A stretch of 64,000 nt of DNA from Patescibacteria group bacterium (GCA_043803385.1 JAZDKA010000009.1:3092-67091); one strand, 5' to 3'. Shown: positions 27,404-37,799, counted from the first letter of the stretch. Notes: a model not told the origin generated them from the sequence alone. Program-made: numbers and translations.

Positions 27404-28624
27404 ATGCCTAAATTTTATTTTACCGCGAAAAGCTTCGATGGAAAATTTCGAGATGGAGAAGCTGAAGCAAGGGATGAAAGGACATTGGCTCAAAGTCTCC
27501 GAAGCGAGGGTTTTTTGATGACATCCATAAAATCTCTGAGTTCCGAGAAGAAAGAAGCAGGAATAAAATTCCTTGATCGTTTTTTTGGCGTTCCCCTTAA
27601 AGAAAAAATGATGTTTGCCAGAAATTTGAGCGTTATGATTGCTTCAGGACTTCCTATTTCCAAAGGAATCAAAAATCTTTCAATCCAGACAAAAAATAAA
27701 AAATTTAAAAAAATACTCGTGGAAATAAATGAAGAATTGCAGAAAGGAACGTCTCTCAATGAAAGCCTCAAAAAATATCCGGCTGTTTTTAGCGATTTGT
27801 TTGTAAGCATGGTAAAGGTAGGCGAAACTGGCGGAACTTTAGAGGAAACTTTGAATATGGTCGCTACTCAATTGGAAAAGGAGCATGATCTTATAAGCAA
27901 AATAAGAGGCGCAATGATGTATCCTTCGGTTATTCTTGTAGCAATGACAGGGATAGGAATATTGATGATAACTTTTATACTGCCAAAGCTCATGGGAGTT
28001 TTCAAGGATATGAACGTAGATTTGCCTCCAACGACGAAAGCAATGATTGGTATCAGCGATTTTTTGAGGAATCATAGCATAATATCAGTGATTTCCTTTT
28101 TAATATTTCTCATAGTTATGAAATTATTTTGGGGCTCAAGGTCCGGAAAAAAGTTTTTTGGGCTTGTCGCAATAAAGCTTCCCTTAATAAAAAACATTAT
28201 AATCAAAGTGAATTGCGCACGTTTCGCCAGAATTTATAGTTCGCTTCTGAAAAGCGGAATCTCAGTCATTGACGCCTTGAAAATATGCTCCGATACTCTA
28301 GGAAATTATTATTATAAAAAAGCAATAAATGACAGCATAGACAAGGTGCAAAAGGGCATAGCCCTAAGCAACATTATTTCTTCTTATCCCAATATTTTTC
28401 CTCCCCTGGTTTATCAAATGGTCGAAGTAGGCGAAGAAACCGGAAAGATAGAAGCAGTTCTGATGAAACTGGCTGAATTTTACGAAGAAGAAGTCGAACA
28501 AATTACCAAGAACATGTCTTCCATCATAGAGCCGGTTCTCATGCTTATTATTGGGTCTGCGGTAGGACTTTTTGCAGTGTCGATGCTTCAGCCAATGTAT
28601 AGCTTGATGGACAATATTAAATAG
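27404..28624 (+). CDS. pilC: Type IV pilus platform protein PilC (GspF family)
   Basis: Two GspF repeats, polytopic membrane protein. Likely start MPKFYF at 27404. Confidence 0.85.
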   Translation: MPKFYFTAKSFDGKFRDGEAEARDERTLAQSLRSEGFLMTSIKSLSSEKKEAGIKFLDRFFGVPLKEKMMFARNLSVMIASGLPISKGIKNLSIQTKNKKFKKILVEINEELQKGTSLNESLKKYPAVFSDLFVSMVKVGETGGTLEETLNMVATQLEKEHDLISKIRGAMMYPSVILVAMTGIGILMITFILPKLMGVFKDMNVDLPPTTKAMIGISDFLRNHSIISVISFLIFLIVMKLFWGSRSGKKFFGLVAIKLPLIKNIIIKVNCARFARIYSSLLKSGISVIDALKICSDTLGNYYYKKAINDSIDKVQKGIALSNIISSYPNIFPPLVYQMVEVGEETGKIEAVLMKLAEFYEEEVEQITKNMSSIIEPVLMLIIGSAVGLFAVSMLQPMYSLMDNIK

Positions 28625-28720
28625 TATTTAGTATATCGTATCCAGTATCTAGTATTATTTTTTTATAAAATAATTATTTTGCTAAGTAATATCGGATACT
28701 GCGTATGACAATTTTTATTT

Positions 28721-30130
28721 ATGATACAAAATACTAAATACAAAATACTAAATACAAAAAATGGTTTTACCATCATTGAAGCGCTGGTCTTGCTTTTTAT
28801 TTTTTGCCTAGTTACAGTAAGTTTTTATTCAACTCTCACACTGGGGTTAAGGTATATTCAGGATTCCAAGAATCGCTTGGGTGCCACTGCCTTGGCTAAC
28901 GAAAGAATGGAAATTGTAAGGAATTTAAAATATGATAGTATCGGGACAGAAGGAGGAGAGATCGAAGGGAATATTCTTCAAGATGAGAACGTTGCTGAAA
29001 ATACTAGGCAATACTCTGTCCATACTCTGGTTGAATACGTGGACGATCCGATCGATGGGCTGGCAGGCGAGGATTCTGCATGGTGGGCTGATTATAAAAG
29101 GGTTACAATCACTGTCTCTTGGAATAATAGCAATTTATCTAATGGCAAGGTAGTTCTTTCTTCTTTTTTTCCTCCTCCTGGACGGGAGGTCCAGCATCTT
29201 GGAGACGGAATACTTTCAGTGAATGTCTGCAGTGATCAAGGAGAAAAAAAAGGAGTTCCCGATTCTTACGTCCATATACAAAATTCAGAGACAGGGTTAA
29301 ATACCGGAAAAGACACAGATACTTCCGGCTACGCGGTTTTTATGGGAAGCAATGTGAGGGATTCAGTCCAAAAATACGAAATAACGGCGAGCAAGGATGG
29401 ATACGAAACGGTAAGCACGATGCCTCCTTATCCGATAACTTCCTATATTCCGGATTTTCCTCATGCTACTGTTATTACCGCGGGCGGGGCAGTTAATGTG
29501 GCCTATATTATTCAGAATAAATTAGCAGAAAATCTCACCATTTTTACCGAAAATTATCTCGGAGAATCTTTGCCCAATATAGATTTTCACTTGATAGGAG
29601 GGAAAAAAATAGGAAAGCAGCCAGCCGAGCCTTTTGACGCTGTCTATAATCTTGATTCCAATGAAAAAACTAATGGAGATGGAAAAAAGGATTTAGGCGC
29701 GGTAAGTCCGGGAGACTACACTTTTTCTCTTGTCAATCCTGCGCTTGCAAACTATGAAATAATATCAGCTGACCCTTATTTGCAATCCGGTTCTTCTTTT
29801 GAGCAATTTAGTCTTTCTTCTGACCAATCTCTAAATTTCAAAATCAAATTGGCTAGTAAAAGCGAAACCTCTATTTTAGTTAAAGTTGTAGACACCAATA
29901 GTTCTCCGATTTCCGGAGCGCAGGTAAAGTTAAGCAATACTAGCGGATACGATATTACGCAATCTACAACGAGCGAAGGCAATGCATTTTTCCCTACCAC
30001 GAGCGATTTATTTGCCAGCGGTACGTATGATCTCAAAGTGACAGCTGATGGTTTTCAGGATAATGATTCCCAGGTAATAATTAGCACGAATCAGCTAAAA
30101 GTAGAAACAATAACTTTGTTAGCTCCATAA
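28721..30130 (+). CDS. Prepilin-type protein (class III signal) with two carboxypeptidase-regulatory-like beta-sandwich domains
   Basis: Leader MIQNTKYKILNTKNG|FTIIEALV (G|F...E+5 prepilin cleavage motif). Tandem ATACTAAATACAAA repeat inside the leader. Confidence 0.7.
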   Translation: MIQNTKYKILNTKNGFTIIEALVLLFIFCLVTVSFYSTLTLGLRYIQDSKNRLGATALANERMEIVRNLKYDSIGTEGGEIEGNILQDENVAENTRQYSVHTLVEYVDDPIDGLAGEDSAWWADYKRVTITVSWNNSNLSNGKVVLSSFFPPPGREVQHLGDGILSVNVCSDQGEKKGVPDSYVHIQNSETGLNTGKDTDTSGYAVFMGSNVRDSVQKYEITASKDGYETVSTMPPYPITSYIPDFPHATVITAGGAVNVAYIIQNKLAENLTIFTENYLGESLPNIDFHLIGGKKIGKQPAEPFDAVYNLDSNEKTNGDGKKDLGAVSPGDYTFSLVNPALANYEIISADPYLQSGSSFEQFSLSSDQSLNFKIKLASKSETSILVKVVDTNSSPISGAQVKLSNTSGYDITQSTTSEGNAFFPTTSDLFASGTYDLKVTADGFQDNDSQVIISTNQLKVETITLLAP

Positions 30131-30131
30131 A

Positions 30132-30782
30132 ATGATTCTTAGAAAAAAATCACAATTTAAGCGGGGACTTACGCTGGTTGAAATGCTGGTAGCCATAGCG
30201 ATTTTTGTCATCGGAATGGAAGGATTTACTCTGCTTTTTACCCGGACTTGGAAAGCCAATTCTTACACATTGGAAATGGGGCAGTCGTCCATGGCGGTTT
30301 CCCAAGGGCTAAGCAAAACAGTGAATTATATTCGCGGAGCCAGGCAGGCAGATAATGGTTCTTATCCAATAAAATCAGCTAGCGATAATGATTTTGTTAT
30401 TTACTCTGATTATAACAAGGACGGAATAACGGAAAGATTGCATTTTTACAAAAATAATCAAAATATTTTGATGGGAGTTACAAATCCTACAGGTGCAATA
30501 CCTAAGACATATCCTTCTGGAGACCAGCAAATAATCACTATCGCCAGCTATATCGTGAACGATGCCAATACGCCGATCTTTTATTATTACAACAAAGATT
30601 ATCCCGGAGATGCTGAAAATAATCCAATGAGCGCTCCGATAGACATTTCAAAAATCCGGTTAATGAAAATATATCTGAAAATAAACATAAATCCCAATAG
30701 GACTCCTGATAATATCGAAATGCAATCTTTTGTGGAAATTAGAAATCTTAATGATTATGACAAAGTTGGAAGTCAAAGTTAA
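30132..30782 (+). CDS. Prepilin-type pseudopilin/minor pilin
   Basis: KRG|LTLVEMLVAIAIF class III signal. Confidence 0.8.
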   Translation: MILRKKSQFKRGLTLVEMLVAIAIFVIGMEGFTLLFTRTWKANSYTLEMGQSSMAVSQGLSKTVNYIRGARQADNGSYPIKSASDNDFVIYSDYNKDGITERLHFYKNNQNILMGVTNPTGAIPKTYPSGDQQIITIASYIVNDANTPIFYYYNKDYPGDAENNPMSAPIDISKIRLMKIYLKININPNRTPDNIEMQSFVEIRNLNDYDKVGSQS

Positions 30783-32205
30783 AAAAAATAATAAAAAGGG
30801 TTCGGCTTTAGCTTATGCCCTGGTTATCATAGCTATCGTTATGATCATTTTGGTGTCTATGCTGGGATATGTCGTTTCCCAATTAAAATTCAGCTTTAAC
30901 CGAGCGGAAAGGGAAAAGGCTTTTCAAATAGCTGAAGCCGGAGCCTACTATTACCGCTGGTATTTGGCCTATGAAACTTCCGGAAAAACACCCCTGGACC
31001 TTGAAAATTTTTGGCAGGGCGGAACAGCCCTGGGAACATCAGTTCCTTATCCGGAAATAGATTATGGAGGAATAGGCAAATATAAGCTTGAAGTTACTGC
31101 CCCGCAGCCAGGATCAACGATTGTGATTGTAAAGTCAACCGGATGGACATACAAAGAACCGAATACGAAAAGAATTGTACAGGTGAGATTTCGAAGGCCT
31201 TCCTGGAGTGAATATGTAATGCTGAGTGAAAGCTTTATTAACGTGGGAAGCCAAGCTGAAATCTACGGGAAAATGCATTCAAACACGGGAATACGCTTTG
31301 ACGGTAAAGCATATAACGTGATAAGCTCGCTTCCTTATTCTTTTGATGATCCTTCTCATGGAAGCCATAGTTTGGAATTCGGGGTCCATACCCATGATAC
31401 TCCAACTGATCCCTTAGCTCCAGATTATCCATGGCCGGAAGGTACTGTTCCGGATCGTGCCGATGTCTTTACAGCCGGAAGGGAATTTCCAGTTCCGGAA
31501 GTGAGCTTTAGCGGTGTTTCTTCTAGTTTTACCACCATGGAAAGCGCAGCCAATGGCGGTCATGGGCAATATTTTGATTCAACTGGATTCGGGAGAAGGA
31601 TTATCCTTAAAACTAACGGAACTTTTGACATTTGTACGGTGAATTCTTATCAAAGCGGCTCTTTTGCTATCAGTTCGCATAATGGGTACAAAAAAAGCAG
31701 CGGAAGCGGGACATGTGATACCTGCAGCGGGCAGTGTTTAAGCAATTATTCCATTCCCGATAACGGAGTAATCTATGTGAATGATAATATTTGGGTGGAG
31801 GGAACTATAAATGATAAAAGAGTGACTATAGCGGCAGGCGGAAGCCAATCCGATATTTATATCGGAATGAACAATATCCGTTATACAAATTACGATGGAA
31901 GCGACATAATAGGATTGGCAGCTAGGCGTGATATAACTGTTATCAAAGATTGTCCCGATAATTTTATTGTTGACGCGGCTTTAATTGCCCAATCGGGACA
32001 GGTGGGAATATGCCAGAATTTTACTAGCAAGAACTCAATTACCCTTAACGGAGCTTTAGCATCATTCCTCCAGCCTTTTATGGTTCATGGATCAAGCGGT
32101 TTTGGTGAAAGAACATATAATTTTGATAATAATCTTTTGTATTTTCCTCCCCCGTATTTTCCAACAGGCACAGAGTATTCCATAGATTTGTGGGAAGAGT
32201 TATAA
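30730..32205 (+). CDS. PilX-N-like minor pilin/tip protein with beta-helix-like C-region
   Basis: KKGSALAYALVIIAIVMIIL PilX_N-like hydrophobic segment. Likely start near 30757. Confidence 0.5.
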   Translation: MWKLEILMIMTKLEVKVKKNNKKGSALAYALVIIAIVMIILVSMLGYVVSQLKFSFNRAEREKAFQIAEAGAYYYRWYLAYETSGKTPLDLENFWQGGTALGTSVPYPEIDYGGIGKYKLEVTAPQPGSTIVIVKSTGWTYKEPNTKRIVQVRFRRPSWSEYVMLSESFINVGSQAEIYGKMHSNTGIRFDGKAYNVISSLPYSFDDPSHGSHSLEFGVHTHDTPTDPLAPDYPWPEGTVPDRADVFTAGREFPVPEVSFSGVSSSFTTMESAANGGHGQYFDSTGFGRRIILKTNGTFDICTVNSYQSGSFAISSHNGYKKSSGSGTCDTCSGQCLSNYSIPDNGVIYVNDNIWVEGTINDKRVTIAAGGSQSDIYIGMNNIRYTNYDGSDIIGLAARRDITVIKDCPDNFIVDAALIAQSGQVGICQNFTSKNSITLNGALASFLQPFMVHGSSGFGERTYNFDNNLLYFPPPYFPTGTEYSIDLWEEL

Positions 32206-32309
32206 TATAATTGTTTCATATAACACATAGCATAAAACACGGAACATTTTAATTTAAAAATTATAAAAATTAAATGTTATTATGTTCCATGCTTTATGTT
32301 TCATGATTT

Positions 32310-33386
32310 GTGGGTTTTTACGATAAGAAAATTTTTAGCATATCCCGCGGAGCTTTCGGATTGGATCTTAGCGATCTTTCTGTTAAAGTTGTCCAAATGA
32401 AAGAAAATAATGGCGACAAAAAAGTTGTGAGTTTTGGATCAGCAGATATTTCTCAAGGAAGCATTATTGATGGAGAAATAATAAAGCAGGAAAATGTTGT
32501 TATGGCCATTAAAAAAGCGATAAAAGGAGCAGGTCCTAATAAAATAAAAACAAGAAAAGTGATTTGTTCTCTTCCGGAAACTAAAGCTTTTCTTCGAATT
32601 ATCAATTTGCCAGAAATGCGGGAAGATGAAATGCAGGAAGCTATAAAATGGGAAATTGAAGCCAATATCCCGATGTCGGCCGACCAGGTGTACTATGACT
32701 GGCAAATTATTGATAAAAATTTAATCAAAGAAAAAGGAAAGGAGAGCATATTGGTAGTGGCTTTTTCCAAAAAAGTTATTGGCCAATTTTTAGAAACTCT
32801 GGAGCTTTCTGGGCTGGAAGTGGTTGGGATGGAAATAGAATCAATCGCCCAAGCAAGAAGCTTGCTCCAGGAAAATGACGAAAGAACATCATTAGTAGTC
32901 GATTTAGGAGATAGAAGAACAAGCCTTTTAGTTATCATCGCCAATATTCCTTGTTTTACCTCCAGTATTCCTGTTTCAGGCAGCGGGATGACGGATGCTA
33001 TTTCAAAAATGCTTAATAGCAGCTTTGATGAGGCGGAAAAAACAAAGCTGGCTTATGGGATAGGGTCCATTTCACAGCAAGATGCCATTTTCAGGTCAGT
33101 CAAGCCCATTCTCGATGGATTAGCAACGGAAATAGAAAGAACTATAGATTTTTATCTTAGCAATCTTAATTACTCTTTGTCCGTAGACAGGATAATTATG
33201 TGCGGAGGGGGATCTAATATGCAAGGAATACTGCCGTATCTTTCCAAAAGGCTTAATCGAGAAATAGAGCTGGGAAATCCGTGGATTAATTTTTTATCTC
33301 TGAAAAAAATTCCAATAATAGACAGGAGAAAATCTGTCCAATATTCGACCGCCATAGGCTTGGCGATAAAAGGGCTGTATTTGTAA
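32310..33386 (+). CDS. pilM: Type IV pilus assembly protein PilM (actin-like fold)
   Basis: FGLDLSDLSVKVVQ..., DLGDRRTSL, MCGGGSNMQGI. Confidence 0.8.
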   Translation: MGFYDKKIFSISRGAFGLDLSDLSVKVVQMKENNGDKKVVSFGSADISQGSIIDGEIIKQENVVMAIKKAIKGAGPNKIKTRKVICSLPETKAFLRIINLPEMREDEMQEAIKWEIEANIPMSADQVYYDWQIIDKNLIKEKGKESILVVAFSKKVIGQFLETLELSGLEVVGMEIESIAQARSLLQENDERTSLVVDLGDRRTSLLVIIANIPCFTSSIPVSGSGMTDAISKMLNSSFDEAEKTKLAYGIGSISQQDAIFRSVKPILDGLATEIERTIDFYLSNLNYSLSVDRIIMCGGGSNMQGILPYLSKRLNREIELGNPWINFLSLKKIPIIDRRKSVQYSTAIGLAIKGLYL

Positions 33387-33390
33387 AAAA

Positions 33391-33948
33391 ATGATAATAT
33401 ATCTTGATCTTCTTCCTCCCGAGAAAAAGGAGGAATTAAAAAAGAAAAAAGCATTTTTAAAAATCATAAGAAATGAGTTTCTTTTTTCTATTCCTATAGC
33501 TTCCTTATTTTTGATTCTTATTACGGCAAGCTTCTCCTTAAATATTAAAAGCCAGAGTGCCAATGAAAATTTAAGTTCTGGCAATTCGCAGAAAGAATAT
33601 CAAGAGCTGGCAGCCTACGAGGAAAAATTCAACGAGGCTAATTCTAAAATTGCATATATTTCCAAATTGCAAAAAAATCATTTAAATTGGCTGGAAGCAT
33701 TCGATAAAATAAACAACATTGTTCCGGAGAATGTTTATCTTACGGATTTGTCAACTAGCAACTACGTATTTTCGCTGGCCGGAAAAGCGAAAACAAGAGA
33801 TGGCTTTCTTAGGCTTCAGGAAAATATAAAATCGGAAAGCTGTTTTTCTGAAGTCAAAGCGCCTCTTTCCAGCTTGGCTTCCAAAGAAGATGTAGTGTTT
33901 CGAATAGATTTTAGCGTGAAAGAAGAATGCTTAAAAATAAACAAATGA
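33391..33948 (+). CDS. pilN: PilN-like protein
   Basis: IYLDLLPPEKKE (PilN INLLP motif) + single TM. Confidence 0.6.
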   Translation: MIIYLDLLPPEKKEELKKKKAFLKIIRNEFLFSIPIASLFLILITASFSLNIKSQSANENLSSGNSQKEYQELAAYEEKFNEANSKIAYISKLQKNHLNWLEAFDKINNIVPENVYLTDLSTSNYVFSLAGKAKTRDGFLRLQENIKSESCFSEVKAPLSSLASKEDVVFRIDFSVKEECLKINK

Positions 33949-34607
33949 AAGAATTTTTGAAAAAAAACAGAATCCCTCTTTCGATAATATCCTATCTGGC
34001 TATCTTGGGCGTCCTTTATTTTTTTTCCGCCAGGCCGATGGTTTCCAGCATAGAGAAAAAAAATAATGAAATTCAAGAAAGAATAGCGAACCAAGAAATA
34101 AGAAAAGAAAAAATAACAGAACTGCCATCAATAAGAAAACAATCCGAAATGCTGGGAAATCAGGAAGAAAAGCTAAAAATTCTCCTTAGCGAAAACAATA
34201 CGGTGAATTTGATAGAAAAAATAGAAAAAATAGCAGATGAAACGGGAAATAAAATAAAAATAGAGCTTCCCGAAAAGCAAGAAGATACAAAGAAAGCATC
34301 GAAACCGAAAAAAACAGGCGAAAAAGAAACCAAACCAATATCAGAAAATCTTCCTAGTGATAAATATACAAAGATAAACATAACGTTGTCTGGAAAATAT
34401 CAAAATTTTATTAGTTTCATGAAAAAAATAGAAAATACGGAATATTACTGCGATGCAATATCATTTAAAGTTTCAATCGATAATAGCGGATCTTCCAAGG
34501 GCAATCCCTTCCAAGATAATTTATCCAGTAGCGATGGCAGCATCACCCAGGATAAAGATAATATATCCTCTAAAATAGAAGCTGTTTTTTATCTAAATAA
34601 CAATTAA
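33927..34607 (+). CDS. PilO-like protein (TM + coiled coil)
   Basis: Gene order and TM + coiled-coil architecture; weak. Confidence 0.45.
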   Translation: MLKNKQMKEFLKKNRIPLSIISYLAILGVLYFFSARPMVSSIEKKNNEIQERIANQEIRKEKITELPSIRKQSEMLGNQEEKLKILLSENNTVNLIEKIEKIADETGNKIKIELPEKQEDTKKASKPKKTGEKETKPISENLPSDKYTKINITLSGKYQNFISFMKKIENTEYYCDAISFKVSIDNSGSSKGNPFQDNLSSSDGSITQDKDNISSKIEAVFYLNNN

Positions 34608-34609
34608 AT

Positions 34610-34981
34610 ATGGATTTTTCAAAATTTAAAAATAATTATCTCGATCCCAAAAAGATCATGGGCGTATGCTCTGCTTTTTGGAACAATCACTCAAAACTCA
34701 TCTTTGCTATTTTTTCATTTGCGATAATATTCCTAGGCACTTTTTTCTGGTATCGAATCATTTACAAGTCAGATTGGAGCAGTGAAGAAAAAGAGCAATA
34801 TAAAAATTCGCAAAATAAAGAAGTTCAACTGAAAGATAAAGAATTAAAGTTGATAATAGAAGAAATAGATAGAAAAAAGAGCGTGTATGGCGAACCTGCT
34901 AAAGAATACAAAAACATTTTTGCTCCTTATATCGGAAAGAACGATTTAGAGGTCGGTATAAATAATAATGTTAATCCATAG
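34610..34981 (+). CDS. Hypothetical membrane protein (pilus cluster)
   Basis: Single TM. Directly follows pilO-like gene. Confidence 0.3.
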   Translation: MDFSKFKNNYLDPKKIMGVCSAFWNNHSKLIFAIFSFAIIFLGTFFWYRIIYKSDWSSEEKEQYKNSQNKEVQLKDKELKLIIEEIDRKKSVYGEPAKEYKNIFAPYIGKNDLEVGINNNVNP

Positions 34982-35044
34982 ATTTTAAATAATCTGATGC
35001 TATAACTGATCCGATAGTTCTAAAATAAGCCAACAGTATATTTT

Positions 35045-35080
35045 AAAAACCTCGTAATTTAGTACGAGGTTTTTAAAAAT
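35045..35080 (+). terminator. Rho-independent terminator AAAAACCTCG-loop-CGAGGTTTTTAAAAATTT
   Basis: 10-bp stem + T-tract. Near-identical stem at 38785..38818. Confidence 0.7.
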
Positions 35081-35160
35081 TTGGCGTGAAAATGGGCTAA
35101 AATCCTTTACTTTCGAGCCAATTGGCGGTAAAATAAAGGCAGATTAAGCTTTCAAAAAAT

Positions 35161-35694
35161 ATGGATGATAAATACGAACATTATTATGATGCCATGGATT
35201 CTCTAAATGCAGGCAATGTTTCAAGGGCGAAGAAATTATTAAAAAAAGCATTGCAATTGGATGTTGAATTCATAGACGGATATAACGGGCTGGCGGCAGC
35301 TTATGAAGATGAAAAAAATAAGAAAAAAGCTCGAGAATCCGCTGACACGGCTTTTAAGCTGACAAGAGAAAAATTTTTAAAATGGCCAAAAGAAATGCAC
35401 TGGGGCGAATTGGATAATCGGCCATATCTGCGAGCGATTTGCAATAAAGCAATTTATTTTCACGAAGAAGGAAAAACAGATGAGGCTGAAAAATTATATC
35501 GCCTTCTGCTTAAACTGAATCCTGGTGACAATCAGGGAGTGCGCTATCTATTAGCGGCGTTATTTGCAGGTAAACATCCCAAAATCACCGATAAGCTAAT
35601 GGAAAAAGGAAACAGATTGCAAGACTGGAGCGAAATTGAAAAGCTCTTGGAAAATCAAAATAAAAAGCATAAATTTTGGTCGGAAGAAGCGTAA
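35161..35694 (+). CDS. TPR-repeat protein
   Basis: Repeated A..Y...G...A TPR-like helices (AEKLYRLLLKLNPGDNQGVRYLLAALF). Confidence 0.55.
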   Translation: MDDKYEHYYDAMDSLNAGNVSRAKKLLKKALQLDVEFIDGYNGLAAAYEDEKNKKKARESADTAFKLTREKFLKWPKEMHWGELDNRPYLRAICNKAIYFHEEGKTDEAEKLYRLLLKLNPGDNQGVRYLLAALFAGKHPKITDKLMEKGNRLQDWSEIEKLLENQNKKHKFWSEEA

Positions 35695-35718
35695 TTTTAG
35701 ATAGTAGACAATGTAAAA

Positions 35719-35772
35719 AGTTATCCACAGAGCAAAGTATTGCAATAATTCATATTAGTGATACAATATCAC
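35719..35772 (+). promoter_or_regulatory. Conserved promoter/operator module, copy B
   Basis: GTTATCCACAG, TTGCAA -35, 16 nt, GTGATACAATATCAC. Confidence 0.6.
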
Positions 35773-35783
35773 TGTAATTAAAA

Positions 35784-36005
35784 ATGCATCATAAGCTTAT
35801 GGCTCAATTCACAGAAAAACAAATTAAAAGACAAGATTTTGTGGATAATGAGATTTTTGAGTTGATTCAACAGCTTGTGCCATCCGCAAAAATTAAATGG
35901 GATATTGAGATGATAGGAAATGTTCGGGACTCAATACAGACACAGCTTGCTGATAAGCAAAAATTAATGAGCGAAACGATATTTTATCCATATCTAAAAA
36001 TATGA
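35784..36005 (+). CDS. Small hypothetical protein, first gene behind module B (possible controller/accessory of RM system)
   Basis: 73-aa ORF 12 nt after the -10 palindrome. No clear HTH. Confidence 0.35.
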   Translation: MHHKLMAQFTEKQIKRQDFVDNEIFELIQQLVPSAKIKWDIEMIGNVRDSIQTQLADKQKLMSETIFYPYLKI

Positions 36006-36072
36006 AATTTGAAGTTAGAGAATAGTAAAAGTCCTTGATGTGTCGGTTGATAATTCGATGAAATAAATATTT

Positions 36073-36939
36073 ATGATAGTTAGCACTATAGAAAAATTGA
36101 ATTTATTCACTGTAAAGACAAAAGCTAAGGTAAAAGCCGATGTTATTTTAGGCGATTGCTTCAATGCCTTAAAAAATATGCTGGACAACTCCGTAGATCT
36201 CATTGTTACATCACCTCCGTATGCCGATCAGAGGAAAGACACTTATGGGGGGATTAGCCCCGACAAATATGTTAAGTGGTTTTTGCCAATAACAAAAGAG
36301 TTATTGCGTGTTCTACATCCGAAAGGAACATTCATTTTGAATATTAAAGAAAAAGTTGCAGATGGTGAACGTCATACCTATGTCATGGAGCTAATTATTG
36401 AAATGAGAAAACAGGGCTGGCATTGGACAGAAGAATTTATTTGGCACAAAAAAAATTGCTTTCCGGGCAAGTGGCCCAACCGTTTTCGTGATTCTTGGGA
36501 GCGACTTTTGCAATTCAACAAAACAAAAGATTTTAATATGTATCAAAACGAGGTAAGAGTGCCTATGGGTAATTGGGCAAAAACTCGTCTGAAAAATCTT
36601 AGCGAAACGGACAAACGAAGAGACAACTCAAGGGTGGGCAGCGGTTTCGGGAAAAACGTATCTAATTGGGTAGGTCGCGAATTGGCTTATCCTACGAATG
36701 TGCTTTCAATGGCTACGGAGAGCTCTAATAAAAAACACAGCGCAGTTTTTCCGAAAGAACTACCGAGCTGGTTTATTAAGCTTTTTACAAAACCCGGCGA
36801 TGTGGTTCTCGATCCATTTTTGGGCTCTGGTACGACTTCAGTTGCGGCATTTCAGCTTGATCGTAACTCTATAGGTATTGAAATACAAAAGGAGTATCAC
36901 GAACTTGCTGTCGAAAATATTAACGAACAAACAAAATAA
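36073..36939 (+). CDS. Beta-class DNA methyltransferase (SPPY motif IV first, FxGxG motif I last; likely N4-cytosine, possibly N6-adenine)
   Basis: DLIVTSPPYADQR near N-terminus. DVVLDPFLGSGTTSVAA near C-terminus. Confidence 0.85.
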   Translation: MIVSTIEKLNLFTVKTKAKVKADVILGDCFNALKNMLDNSVDLIVTSPPYADQRKDTYGGISPDKYVKWFLPITKELLRVLHPKGTFILNIKEKVADGERHTYVMELIIEMRKQGWHWTEEFIWHKKNCFPGKWPNRFRDSWERLLQFNKTKDFNMYQNEVRVPMGNWAKTRLKNLSETDKRRDNSRVGSGFGKNVSNWVGRELAYPTNVLSMATESSNKKHSAVFPKELPSWFIKLFTKPGDVVLDPFLGSGTTSVAAFQLDRNSIGIEIQKEYHELAVENINEQTK

Positions 36940-36940
36940 T

Positions 36941-37699
36941 ATGAAAAAACTAAACTACGGAAAACTTAATACATTTATTGCATCTGATGTAATAAAGCCA
37001 TTCTACGAGATAAGGCTTAATCGGCTTGAATCTGCAAGGCTGTCCGTTATTTCAAAACGAAAAAATCCCTACTTGTTCAAAGCAAAAAATATTGAAACTG
37101 CGGGCGATTTAGCGAAGAGCATTCTTGACGCGTTTTTATCCTCCCAAGAGGAAACGATTTTCGGAGATCTCATGGAAAATCTTGCTATTCATGTCTGCCA
37201 TGAGGTATTTAAGGGCAAGAAAGCTGAGGAAGGAAAATATCGCAGTGTTGATTTAATCTTTGATCGTGATAAGAAAACTTACATTGTTGGTATCAAATCT
37301 GGACCAAATTGGGGCAATTCTGATCAAGTGAATACAATGAAAAGAAATTTGAAAATTGCTAAAAAGTTTCTTCGTGCTGAACTCAAGAAAAGTAACGTCG
37401 TTTCTGTAAATGGATGTATTTACGGGCGAGACAATAATCCGCACAAAGTGAACAAAGACCCCGACCTTAGCTATTATAAAATCTGTGGGCAATCTTTTTG
37501 GGAACTGATCTCTAGTGATGACCAATTGTACAAGAAGATAATCCAACCACTCGATAAAGAGGCAAAGAAAAGGGACGATGTATTTAAGAAATTGTATGTA
37601 AAGAAAATTAACGAAATGACCAAGGATGTCGTTAATCTTTTCTACACAAAAGACTGTTTGGATTGGGATAAAATAATTGACTATGTCTCAAAAAAGTAA
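36941..37699 (+). CDS. Putative type II restriction endonuclease (cognate of 36073 methyltransferase)
   Basis: Starts 2 nt after methyltransferase stop. No methyltransferase/other motifs. Weak PD...xK-like VDLIFD...IVGIK. Confidence 0.4.
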   Translation: MKKLNYGKLNTFIASDVIKPFYEIRLNRLESARLSVISKRKNPYLFKAKNIETAGDLAKSILDAFLSSQEETIFGDLMENLAIHVCHEVFKGKKAEEGKYRSVDLIFDRDKKTYIVGIKSGPNWGNSDQVNTMKRNLKIAKKFLRAELKKSNVVSVNGCIYGRDNNPHKVNKDPDLSYYKICGQSFWELISSDDQLYKKIIQPLDKEAKKRDDVFKKLYVKKINEMTKDVVNLFYTKDCLDWDKIIDYVSKK

Positions 37700-37799
37700 C
37701 GGCAATTATTTTATAGTTAATTATTTTTTAAGTTTTGCGGATTTGGGAGTATGAAATTGAAAAAGATCCTGAAAAGGCGGTTCAAAAAATAGTTAAATT

